In this document: positions 53,097 through 64,000 of the stretch, one piece after another
Numbering within the stretch: position 1 is the first letter of the stretch
Layout: the number at the start of each line of letters is the position of its first letter
Source: Macrostomum lignano
Taxonomy: Eukaryota
Reading direction: 5' to 3'
DNA length: 64,000 nucleotides
Assembly (NCBI GenBank): GCA_002269645.1
Contig: NIVC01000696.1
Location: 186,001 to 250,000 of the forward strand
Position numbers and translations under genes: made by a program
Notes under the pieces: model-generated
Databases searched by the model: none
Seen by the model: the letters and a program-made list of their open reading frames with translations, nothing else
What the model was told of the DNA's origin: nothing

Positions 53097-53859
53097 AAGC
53101 ATTGACATTTCAGTAATTCTCTCCAAGAGTCATTATAGCACTACTATAGCATTATAGCAATTCCCTGCAAGCCTTGACATTGTAGGAATTCCTAAATAAA
53201 TCTCTTAACTTCAACATGAAGCTTCTTTTATTTTTTACATTATGCTTTTTCTATCAGCAATCCTTCCCCTGAGGAGGCAACAAATAATGTAATAAAAAGT
53301 TTTGAATAAACTACATGTAGCTTCTGACTTTAGCCTTGACATCTCAGCTATTCCTCCCATAAACCTTGAAATCTGAAAAATCCCCTGTTAACCTTAAAAC
53401 CCGCTAAAATCTAACCTTCAACCCAAACCTGACCTAAATCTAACTTTACCCAACCTAAAGCCTTGAAATCTTAGCAATTCTTCTCCCTTAAGCCTTGACA
53501 TTTTTGTGATTACTTCTTTAAGAATCACAGCACTATAACAATTCCCTCCAAGCCTTGACATTATAGCAATTCCCAAATGAATCTTTTAACTTTGACATGA
53601 CTCTTCTTTTATGTATACATAGTGCTTCTTTTCTTTTTTACATGACTTTTTTTCTATCTGCATCCCCTCTCCCCATAGCAAGCCAACAAAGAATGTAATA
53701 AAAAATTAAGTAAACTACATATACTTTGAAGTAGCATCTGACTTTTGCTTTGACATCTCAGAAACCCCCCCCCCCCATAATCTCAGTTATTCTCCGTGAG
53801 CCTTGATATATCAGTAATTCTCCCTAGCACAGCACTATAGCTTCATTTAATTTTTACAT

Positions 53860-55075
53860 GATACTTCTATGATTGTTTGCATGATGCTTCTACAATTGTT
53901 TATATGATGCTTCTATGATTGTTTGCATGACACTTCTATGATTGTTTACATGACACTTCTATGATTTTTTACATGACGCTTCTATGATTATTTACATGAT
54001 GCTTCTATGATTGTTTACATGACACTTCTACAATTGTTTACATGACGCTTCTATGATTGTTTGCATGTCACTTCTATGATTGTTTACATGACACTTCTAT
54101 GATTGTTTACATGACACTTCTATGATTGTTTACATGACGCTTCTATGATTGTTTACATGATGCTTCTATGATTTTTTACATGATGCTTCTATGATTGCTT
54201 ACATGCCGCTTCTATGATTTTTACATGACGCTTCTATGATTCTTTTATGATGCTTCTATAATTTTTTAAATTATGCCACTATGATTTTTTGACACTTCTA
54301 TGATTTTTTACATGACGCCTCTATGATTTTTTACATGACACCACTATTATTTTTACATGACGCCACTATGATTTTTACATGACGCTTCTATGATTGTTTT
54401 CATGACGCTTTTATGATTGTTTACATGACGTTTCTATGATTGTTTGCATGACGCTTCTATGATTGTTTGCATGATGCTTCTATGATTTTTTATATGATGC
54501 CTCTATGATTTTTTGTGATGCTTCTATGATTTTTACATGACACTTCTATGATTTTTTTATGATGCTTCTATGATTGTTTGCATGACGCTTCTATGATTGT
54601 TTTCATGTCGCTTTTATGATTGTTTACATGATGCTTCAATGATTGTTTGCATGACGCTTCTATGATTGTTTGCATGATGCTTCTATGATTTTTTATATGA
54701 TGCCTCTATGATTTTTTGTGATGCTTCTATGATTTTTACATGACGCTTCTATGATTTTTTTATGATGCTTCTATGATTGTTTGCATGACGCTTCTATGAT
54801 TGTTTTCATGTCGCTTTTATGATTGTTTACATGATGCTTCTATGATTGTTTGCATGACGCTTCTATGATTGTTTGCATGATGCTTCTATGATTTTTTATA
54901 TGATGCCTCTATGATTTTTTGTGATGCTTCTATGATTTTTACATGACGCTTCTATGATTTTTTTATGATGCTTCTATGATTGTTTGCATGACGCTTCTAT
55001 GATTGTTTTCATGTCGCTTTTATGATTGTTTACATGATGCTTCTATGATTGTTTGCATGATGCTTCCATGATTGT
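53860..55075. repeat. ~21-bp minisatellite (catgacgcttctatgattgttt) with a ~203-bp higher-order repeat
   Basis: Variant block tatatgatgcctctatg recurs at about 54491, 54694 and 54897. Confidence 0.9.
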
Positions 55076-57218
55076 TTATATTGATAAAAGCTTTCAATAA
55101 AAATTTTTCACTACTAAGATTTGAACCTAGGTGGCTGCATGTGGCTGTTCACATCTAGGCTAGCTTTTATTGAAATGAAATGAAATTGTAGCGCTTATAT
55201 AATTCAACACTCACTCACTAAGCAGTTATGACAATCAATTTCTCAGGCAAGTCAGTATCAGCCTCAATTGAAGTTGACAATAGGGTTACACAATCTAAAT
55301 CAAGTCTACTGCTATATGCTTCCACACTACATTTTCAACAGTGTGATGCAATTGAATTCAGTGTCAAAATTCAGCCAGTACACTAGTTTATCAGCCAGTA
55401 TGATAAATAAAAAGCCTATGTGATGTAATCTATTTCAGAATCAGAATTCAACCAGTCAGTTTTTTCTCTAGCATTCTTACAATGCATTTCAAGTCGAAAA
55501 GTTTGCTTGACCTTTGCAAAAAACATGTTTTTCGAATATTTAATCCCTTTAACATTGAGCAATTTCTTAGCCAAGACACATGTACTGTCACAGGAAAATT
55601 TCTGATTGAACAGTGCAAGTCTCATGAAAATTGGTTAAGCCATTTTTTCTCTAATTGATTGCAAGCAAGCAAGCAAGATTTTTATTTTTAGTATATAAAA
55701 AAAGGAGAAGGGATTTTAATAAGAGCATAATTTTGTCTCTATAGGTTGGTTTTTGATGGTGCTGATTTCAAATTTAAGCTTTATTTTTTTGTAACTTCAA
55801 TCCAACTATATGTATAGCTTAAAACCAACCACCAGGGCATGGGGAATGGGAGGTTTTAGGGTGGGGAGATGCTTCATGGGCATTGATTTTATCAATATAA
55901 ACTTGAATAAAGGCATAGAGACCTATTCAAGATTGTATTAATAAATTCCAAACTCAGTGGAAGGGTAGACCCTATCAAAATGAAAATAACCAAATACTGG
56001 GGCATGAAGAATGGGATGGAGGTTTTTAGAATAGGGGATTCTTCATGGGAGTTGAACAAGCATCCAGCCTTGGCAGCAACTTCCCAGATGCACAAGATCT
56101 GCATGCCTAAAAATAGCCCTGATTGATTGGCAAGCGAGAAGCCTAGCCATGCAATCCTCACATGATGCATGAATCTCCTCTGGCCGACGGCTCATATTGA
56201 GCCTCCCCATTCCACTTTCTTTCCCTATTTCTCCTTGCTCACGTACAGTCTGTTAACTTATAAAATATACTGATTGAAGAGGAAAGATCCTTGCCTGAAG
56301 TTTGAGAATGTGACTCTAGAGAGATCACACAGAGAAAATTACCATCAAGTCCATAGTTTGTTGTCTTCCTGAACTGTTAGCAGAAGGAAATGATTATATG
56401 GGAAAAACCCATATAAATTGTTGTTTCAGGGTTTTTGGGTAGGGGATTCTTCATGGAGGTTGATTTTATCAATGCAAACTTGAATATTACAGACATTTAT
56501 ATGATTAATTATTTACATCACTAAATCATTCAGCAAGAGATATTAATCTCAACCACAACACAATGGCAAAGGTAGCAACAAATCAGAATGTGGGAGACAA
56601 TTGTCAGCACATCATAGATGTGGCAAATTTAAAAAAGAGGAAACTATGACATGGCAATTATTTGACATTATAACAAAACTCAATATCAAATTTGATAAAG
56701 TCATTTGCATTCACTATACATGATAATTGGAAAATGGTTAATATTACTTGTGATTTCTCAATTTTATATACACAAAACATGTTAACTTATTTTTATGTTT
56801 CAAAAAGTGTTTTTAAACAAAAAATTCATTGAAACAATTTTTATCAAATTCTCATTGGCACCATAGGGGATTAATAAACTGAGGTTGCATCACTACAGAA
56901 TGTAGTTTTTGGTGATTTTTTTACTTTTTTATCATTTCTGGCATCCCCCTTGTCTGGTGAAAATTTCAGAAAAATTGGAAAATTGGAAGTATTTTATCAA
57001 CATAAACTTGAAGAAGTCTGCTATTTTTCTTATATGTTTATATACTTTTGAGCCAAATTTAAAACTGCAAATAAAAACTATAATAAATCTACAATATATT
57101 AAAAATTAAAGAAATTTTTAATCTTTAATCTTTAAAAGATTAAAGATTAAAAAACTTTTACAAGCTTCCTAATTATTTCTTAAACTTACTTTAATGATTA
57201 ATTTCATTCTTTTTTTAG

Positions 57219-57341
57219 GTCTTTTTGACTGCAAGCCTAACCTTAAGTTTTCTTTGTGAACTATTACCTATTGGCTTGAACTCAAACCCAGTGCATAAGC
57301 TGAAAGGCATATTAAATGCTGCCAGTGCAACTATCTCAATG
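57219..57341 (+). CDS. AIG1/ADTRP family, exon 2
   Basis: ttttttag|GTC...ATG|gtaatt, phase 0/0; hydrophobic VFLTASLTLSFLCELL. Confidence 0.7.
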
Positions 57342-57434
57342 GTAATTATTGTTTTTTTATTATCACTATTTTCTCTTTATTGAAATTGGTATATACCAAT
57401 AAATATTTAACTATTTAAACAATCATAATTTCAG

Positions 57435-57555
57435 TTTGTGTGTCTGGCATTCTGGTCAATCTATGCAATAAACAGGGAGTTGGTTTTTCCTGCAGTGCTT
57501 GATAGCATCATTCCTCCCTGGCACAACCATGCCATTCATACAACTGTCCTGCCAG
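57435..57555 (+). CDS. AIG1/ADTRP family, exon 3
   Basis: FWSIYAINRELVFPAVLDSIIPPWHNHAIHTTVLP matches AIG1 FWIIYAYDREMIYP...WLNHGMHTTVLP (catalytic His); donor G|GTGAGT. Confidence 0.9.
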
Positions 57556-57711
57556 GTGAGTTCTTGTTTCCTACCCAATGTTTTTAGAGTTTGCAAAACA
57601 AAACTTTCTTCTTATTGGTGCACACGTTTTTGTACAAGATAGTGAGTTTTGCCCCATAGCTATATTGTGCATCGCCCCACAGCTACAGCGAGAATAGCTT
57701 GCAGCCCCTTA

Positions 57712-58257
57712 TCACAGTGTCCCTGATCAGCCTCACTCCCCCATCGCAGTGTCCCTGACCAGCTTCATCACTCCCCCATCGCAGTGTCCCTGATCAGCCT
57801 CACTCCCCCATCGCAGTGTCCCTGATCAGCCTCACTCCCCCATCGCAGTGTCCCTGATCAGCCTCACTCCCCCATCGCAGTGTCCCTGATCAGCCTCACC
57901 CCCCATTGCAGTGTCCCTGATCAGCCTCACTCCCCCATCGCAGTGTCCCTGATCAGCTTCATCACTCCCCCATCGCAGTGTCCCTGATCAGCCTCACTCC
58001 CCCATCGCAGTGTCCCTGATCAGCCTCACTCCCCCATCGCAGTGTCCCTGATCAGCCTCACTCCCCCATCGCAGTGTCCCTGATCAGCCCACTCCCCCAT
58101 CGCAGTGTCCCTGATCAGCTTCATCACTCCCCCATCGCAGTGTCCCTGATCAGCTTCATCACTCCCCCATCGCAGTGTCCCTGATCAGCTTCATCACTCC
58201 CCATCGCAGTGTCCCTGATCAGCTTCATCACTCCCCATCGCAGTGTCCCTGATCAGC
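57712..58257. repeat. 32-35-bp minisatellite (cagtgtccctgatcagcctcactcccccatcg), about 16 copies, spanning a splice acceptor
   Basis: Period 32 with 34-35-bp variants; the last copy supplies the acceptor of exon 4. Confidence 0.92.
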
Positions 58258-58572
58258 TACCTGCTGACGCCAAAGAGCCACGCGCCCCGATTCGCCACCC
58301 TGATGTGCGTGGCCTCTGGCCTGGTGGTGTGCTACACCCTGTGGATCTACGTGATCTACCTGAACACAGGCCGCTGGGTCTATCCGGTGCTGGCGGTGCT
58401 GGGCGCACCAGCTCGGGCTGCATTCATTGCTGCCTGCGCTCTCAGCATGGCCCCGTTTGCATTCGCTGCGCACTGGATCAAAAGCCGATTCGACGCTTGG
58501 AAAACTGACGCCGCCAAGGCCGTCAAACGGGAGAAACGAAAGCAGAAGGCCAAGGCTAGGAAGGCTCAGTAG
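58244..58572 (+). CDS. AIG1/ADTRP family, terminal exon
   Basis: Phase-1 join G|TG gives LP-V-SLISYLL; YTLWIY...TGRWVYPVL matches the family Y..W...G.WVYP.L motif. Confidence 0.85.
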
Positions 58573-58814
58573 TTTTTATTACTCAAATTTATATTGCCAG
58601 TTCACTCCATTTTGATTTTGATGTAGCTTGTCAGATAATATACTGATTAGGTTTTTTATTCAAGTTGAATGCTTAAATTGATCCTATTGTAGATGTAGGG
58701 AAAGTATTTAAAGGATGGATACAAGTGATTTTAAATCCCGCGAAATTATTGCAGTTTAAATATGTCCAATGGCTTTCTTAGTTTGGTATGGGATTCGACC
58801 ATAGACTAGTTTAG

Positions 58815-59177
58815 TTAGAGGCAGGGGCTGTCCCTGGCGCACTTTAAGCGATTGTCACACAACCGGCGAGAGGCATTGCTGCCCATTCCGCCCGACTCCC
58901 CTGAGCAGGCACACAAGCGCGCGGATACGTACGCAGTCATACACACAGGCACACACTCACACAGAAGTGTACACATAAAGTTATACTCATAGAGTTATTT
59001 ATCGTTAGGCATGTACACTTCACTGTGCCTTCGGGGTTGGTCCTCAAGGGCGTTAATTGCCGAGATAATAGGAGAGCCAAGCCGAGATTCCAAAATTAAT
59101 GTGGCTGCACTTGGAATCGAGCCTGCGCCGCTAGCACATCAGAGCGCCGCGCTGGACCACTGGGCTACGCCATCCCC
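58815..59177 (-). mobile_element. tRNA-headed SINE, copy 3
   Basis: Head GGCGTAGCCCAGTGG...GGCTCGATTCC; core aggcatgtacacttcactgtgcct; tail matching the LINE 3' UTR. Confidence 0.75.
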
Positions 59178-59611
59178 GATCATTGACTAACGATTTTATC
59201 AGCTTTAAAGCTTGAAGTTTTCTAATCTAGGGATCAGTTTAATGCGCTCCACAGGGGACAACTTAAGAGAACATTTTATTAATGAGTTTTTGACACATTT
59301 ATTCATAGAATTTTCTAATTCTATAATTTTTAGTGACTTTGATTTGCGCCTTTGTCTCTGCGCCTTTGTCTCTGGCTTTTAGAGTTTCCACGCATGTAAT
59401 CCACTTTGCCTGTGCGCCTCGTCTATTCCCCCAGTGTTAAATGAGCGGTGATAATCAACGTGTCCCCCAGTCCCCCAGTGTTAAATGAGCGTAACTCTGC
59501 TACCATCGACAAACCAACGAGATAGATAGACATGGATAGCGGAGATAACTCATTATCTCCGGCGGAGATAAGGTGTTATATTCAGGTCGCACATGCCGTG
59601 GATTACATACA

Positions 59612-59689
59612 AAGAATCGCCTGATACTAGGAGATGAGCCATAGACAGCCATAGAACCGAGGCTCATCTCCTCGTATCAGGCGATTCTT
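59612..59689. other. Near-perfect 29-bp-stem hairpin with a 20-nt loop
   Basis: aagaatcgcctgatactaggagatgagcc pairs with ggctcatctcctcgtatcaggcgattctt, one mismatch. Confidence 0.85.
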
Positions 59690-60604
59690 GTTTATCGAAC
59701 TTGGTGCTGTTAGTTTGGCTTGTTAACGATAAATTATAATGATCTCGAATATTAAAACTATATTCATTTGCAATCTAAAATTGATATGAATGGCGACTTT
59801 ATTGAATGAATAAGTTTTTTGAAGCAATTAAAGCTTTGTAGAAACAATTAGCCTAGATATTTTTCTCCGACAGAAGCGAGTATGAAACAGACCGACTCGA
59901 TTGATTCTCTGGTTGGGATCGGACGAGCCTTTAAAATCTGTACGTTTGTAGAGGAGGCTTTTGGCGCTGCCGAAAATCAAGGCATAATGCTTGCTGTCAT
60001 GCCCTTTTTGCTAACCCTTGAGCATTCTTGAGCACACGTACACACGGTACATTCACGTACATTCAGGCACGTACAAGTGTCGGAGATTACGAGTATAAAG
60101 TGTCGGAGATATGGAGTGCCAGTGATATGAAGTGTCCGAGATATGAAGTGTCCGAGATATGGAGTGCCAGTGATATGAAGTGTCCGAGATATGAAGTGTC
60201 CGAGATATGAATTCAGTATTGAGATATGAGTTGTCAAAGAGGCTGCTAAACTGATTTGTCGGTGATATGAAAGAAGTGCTTTCTGCAGAGATGAAATCGT
60301 CCCATGAGTGTTACCGTGTGACTCACTTGATAAGCACCAGCCAATTTTTCAGCACAAGCCCAAATCATGTGAGTACATGGCAATAGCGTGTTAAGTATTG
60401 TAATTAAAAGATACTTTGCGGTTAACGAATTTTTTAACTTTGCTTTCTTTCCAAGTTTAGCTCGTGTGTATTTTATACTTGTCGACTCATTGCAAACTGT
60501 CAAACTGCTACTACGAGTAATACAAAAATTGGCAATTCTTTTAGCAGCCAAGGCCTGTAAGTTGTTAAGGCTCAGTGCGCCGCAACTTTGCAGACATTTT
60601 TGGC

Positions 60605-60688
60605 TTAGACAACCCTGGCTGGCACTTCAAAGCAGACGAGGTCATTGTTGTTGGAGTCGGTCAGCTCCCACCTGACCACCAGTGCGAG
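60605..60688 (-). CDS. NPC2: NPC2/ML-domain sterol carrier, exon 3
   Basis: ttcccacag|CTC; LVVRWELTDSNNNDLVCFEVPARVV*. Confidence 0.88.
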   Translation of the reverse strand, partial: LALVVRWELTDSNNNDLVCFEVPARVV

Positions 60689-60802
60689 CTGTGGGAAATT
60701 ATTGAATTATATTTGTGAGCACGATTTGCATTTACCAACTGTAATTGATCTCATAGTCAACTGGGCAGTAATATTCCAATAATACGAGGGGTGTTGCAAC
60801 AT

Positions 60803-61060
60803 GACTGTTTACCGTGAACGACAGGAATAACCATAGACTATTGCAAAAGTTTCTGGACTGTGTTTACCGTGAACGACAGGAATAACCATGGACTATTGCA
60901 AAAGTTTCTGGACTGTGTTTACCGTGAACGACAGGAATAACCATGGACTATTGCAAAAGTTTCTGGACTGTGTTTAGTGTGAACGACAGGAATAACCATG
61001 GACTATTGCAAAAGTTTCTGGACTGTGTTTAGTGTGAACGACAGGAATAACCATGGACAA
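60803..61060. repeat. 55-bp tandem repeat, about 4.5 copies, in NPC2 intron 2
   Basis: gtgaacgacaggaataacc recurs with a 55-bp period. Confidence 0.9.
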
Positions 61061-61604
61061 TGTAAGTACGTTCGTCGCTACATACCACACAAGCTAACTT
61101 AACTGGATTTCGCTGCATATAGCTACTGCATTGGCGAGATCGAAGCACTTCTTTGGTTTTCTTAACACTAAATTGACTTTGTAAGTCTTTTTATCTTATA
61201 AAGTTTGAAAAATATTTCTAAAGACTGCGATAACACTCGAAATTCGTCTCACTCCTTTGCTTTTTTAAATGGATTCATAAAGTTTTTCTATTGGTGAATA
61301 CCATGAAATGAGGTTCTATCATACAGAGACCTGATAAAAACCCCTCGGACAAAGCACACACCTTTATACTTGCTTCGCTTGCACTTTGGAAGTTCGGAGC
61401 ATGAGGTATTGTCGATTTAGTGCTAATAAAAACTGCAGAACACTTCCTATTTATTGCTATGATAAAGTTTGCTGCAAAAATTGGCCTTCTGCGAGTGTCC
61501 TTTTTGGTGGTTCCCTGTTCGTAAAAGTTCGTTCATCTGCAGTGTACTCCACAGGTCGAGGAGAAGTAATTAAATACCCAGTTTAATTAGGCAATTCCAC
61601 TCAC

Positions 61605-61888
61605 AGTGGGGTAGGCCTGCTGCACCTCGAGCGCATTGGTGTACTTGTAGCTGGCGCCGTTGGACAGCGGGCACTTTGGGCTCATAGCGTTGCAGGCGTT
61701 CGGATCGGGCAGCGGGAACGGCACGGCGATGCCCGAGATCACTCCGTGCACCACTGACTTGACCGCGGTGGCGCTTTCGCTCGAGGTGAAGTCCACGGTG
61801 ACGCCAACTTTGGTACCGCGCTTCAGCTCGCAGGGCAACTTCGGGCACGGGTTGATGTCCACGCTATTGATCTTGCCGACCTTGGAGC
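61605..61888 (-). CDS. NPC2: NPC2/ML-domain sterol carrier, exon 2
   Basis: GSKVGKINSVDINPC..PCELKRG...VVHGVISGIAVPFPLPDPNAC...KCPL...YKYTNAL; donor ACT|GTGAGT. Confidence 0.92.
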
Positions 61889-61994
61889 CTGAGTAGCAAA
61901 CAATTGTACTTTCTTTGCTACAGAATCACACGCCATACCTACTGCTTTAAGTAGTGCTCTATAAAAATAGCGGCAATTTTTCTTCAATAAGCCG

Positions 61995-63207
61995 CTTGAT
62001 TCTTTTACATGTATAAGCCGCTTCTGCGCCTCAGATTCTTGAGTAAGCCGCTTCTGCCCCTCAGATTCTTCAGTAAGCCGCTTCTGCCCCTCAGATTCTT
62101 CAGCAAGTCGTTTCTGCTCCTTAGATTCTTAAGTAAGTCGATTCTGCCCCTCAAATTCTTCAGTAAGCCGCTTCTGCCCCTCAGATTCTTCAGTAAGCCG
62201 CTTTTGCCCCTCAGATTCTTCAGTAAGCCGCTTCTGCCCCTCAGATTCTTCAGTAAGCCGCTTTTGCCCCTCAGATTCTTCAGTAAGCCGCTTCTGCCCC
62301 TCAGATTCTTGAGTAAGCCGCTTCTGCCCCTCAGATTCTTCAGTAAGCCGCTTCTGCCCCTCAGATTCTTGAGTAAGCCGCTTCTGCCCCTCAGATTCTT
62401 GAGTAAGCCGCTTTTGCCCCTCAGATTCTTCAGTAAGCCGCTTCTGCCCCTCAGATTCTTGAGTAAGCCGCTTCTGCCCCTCAGATTCTTCAGTAAGTCG
62501 CTTCTGCCCCTCAGATTCTTCAGCAAGTCGTTTCTGCTCCTTAGATTCTTCAGTAAGTCGATTCTGCCCCTCAAATTCTTCAGTAAGCCGCTTCTGCCCC
62601 TCAGATTCTTCAGTAAGCCGCTTTTGCCCCTCAGATTCTTCAGTAAGCCGCTTCTGCCCCTCAGATTCTTGAGTAAGCCGCTTCTGCCCCTCAGATTCTT
62701 CAGTAAGCCGCTTCTGCCCCTCAGATTCTTGAGTAAGCCGCTTCTGCCCCTCAGATTCTTGAGTAAGCCGCTTTTGCCCCTCAGATTCTTCAGTAAGCCG
62801 CTTCTGCCCCTCAGATTCTTGAGTAAGCCGCTTCTGCCCCTCAGATTCTTGAGTAAGCCGCTTCTGCCCCTCAGATTCTTGAGTAAGCCGCTTTTGCCCC
62901 TCAGATTCTTCAGTAAGCCGCTTCTGCCCCTCAGATTCTTCAGTAAGCCGCTTCTGCCCCTCAGATTCTTGAGTAAGCCGCTTCTGCCCCTCAGATTCTT
63001 CAGTAAGCCGCTTCTGCCCCTCAGATTCTTGAGTAAGCCGCTTCTGCCCCTCAGATTCTTGAGTAAGCCGCTTTTGCCCCTCAGATTCTTCAGTAAGCCG
63101 CTTCTGCCCCTCAGATTCTTGAGTAAGCCGCTTCTGCCCCTCAGATTCTTGAGTAAGCCGCTTTTGCCCCTCAGATTCTTGAGTAAGCCGCTTCTGCCCC
63201 TCAGATT
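61995..63207. repeat. 30-bp minisatellite (gtaagccgcttctgcccctcagattctt(c/g)a), about 40 copies, in NPC2 intron 1
   Basis: 30-bp period; a two-unit variant block recurs at 62101 and 62521 (420 bp apart). Confidence 0.95.
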
Positions 63208-63292
63208 GTTCACTACATGTAAGTCCCTATTATCCCTTAGAAACCGAACGAGCTACGAATCAGCCTTTGATGATTGCTTTCCAATATCTTAC

Positions 63293-63374
63293 CGCAATCC
63301 TTAAACTTGACCGGGTCAGCGAGAACCGCAGCGAAGGCGCAAGCAAGCGCAGCAAACAACAGAGTCAGTTTCAT
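63293..63374 (-). CDS. NPC2: NPC2/ML-domain sterol carrier, exon 1 (signal peptide)
   Basis: MKLTLLFAALACAFAAVLADPVKFKDC-G|gtaaga. The spliced product is 149 aa with the six NPC2 cysteines. Confidence 0.9.
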
Positions 63375-63747
63375 TTCGCGTAAAAGTTTCTAATTGTCTT
63401 CTTTCTTTACCTATGAATAGCCTATAAGGACTGATTGCTTTGTGCAAGCGGAAATTTTTGCCGAACCACAGCGGGGCGGTATTTATGCATCACGGGTCTT
63501 ATCTTGGTCAAGTCATGCAGTTTTAGCCGGGGTTTCACAATGGGAGTTCGGCATGTTTTTCTTCCAATACTGACCGGTGGTATGGCCAGGTGCTGCTGCT
63601 CTCACGGCTTCGCGCAGCAGCTTTGCGTCAGCACTGCGGCTGAAAACAATCGAGCGCATTGGGAGTCCAAAATGAATACAAAGAAAAGCCTTCACTACTC
63701 AAATGTCCCAATCCATAGGAATATTATAAACATGCTCTTTTCTTGTT

Positions 63748-64000
63748 GACCTGACTGACTGACTGACTGACTGACTGACTGACTGACTGACTGACTGACT
63801 GACTGACTGACTGACTGACTGACTGACTGACTGACTGACTGACTGACTGACTGACTGACTGACTGACTGACTGACTGACTGACTGACTGACTGACTGACT
63901 GACTGACTGACTGACTGACTGACTGACTGACTGACTGACTGACTGACTGACTGACTGACTGACTGACTGACTGACTGACTGACTGACTGACTGACTGACT
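63748..64000. repeat. (CTGA)n microsatellite running off the window
   Basis: Read directly. Confidence 0.97.

Noticed and set aside
59100-59177. Possible tRNA genes (also 24735-24808, 45630-45701 and a B-box fragment at about 19110-19150)
   Set aside because: A/B boxes are present but no convincing cloverleaf; three of them continue into a shared SINE body.
62005-63304. 402-aa and 431-aa repeat ORFs
   Set aside because: A stop-free 30-bp minisatellite inside NPC2 intron 1, with no independent coding evidence.

Overview
Eukaryotic (animal) genomic DNA. The gene set, GC-rich exons in AT-rich spacers, and very long (GATA)n tracts and minisatellites suggest a free-living flatworm such as Macrostomum (inference). 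Hand-spliced gene models: PMS1 (-, 5' part); a two-exon secreted protein of an uncharacterised family (+); a PLAC8-like fragment (-); MCTP (-, with a GC-AG intron); a coiled-coil plus death-domain protein (+); a divergent mitochondrial SSB (-); UBC9 (-); a 3-exon Slo1/BK-type K+ channel with one frameshift (-); an AIG1/ADTRP hydrolase (+); and NPC2 (-). Mobile DNA: a decayed near-full-length LOA-like non-LTR retrotransposon, three tRNA-headed SINEs whose tails match that LINE's 3' UTR, hAT-type and TTAA-TSD MITEs, two foldback elements and a Helitron-like fragment. The main leads are the unknown secreted protein, the SINE/LINE pair, two minisatellites that copy a splice junction itself, and the divergent BK channel. 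All homology calls come from motif recognition; no database search was run.
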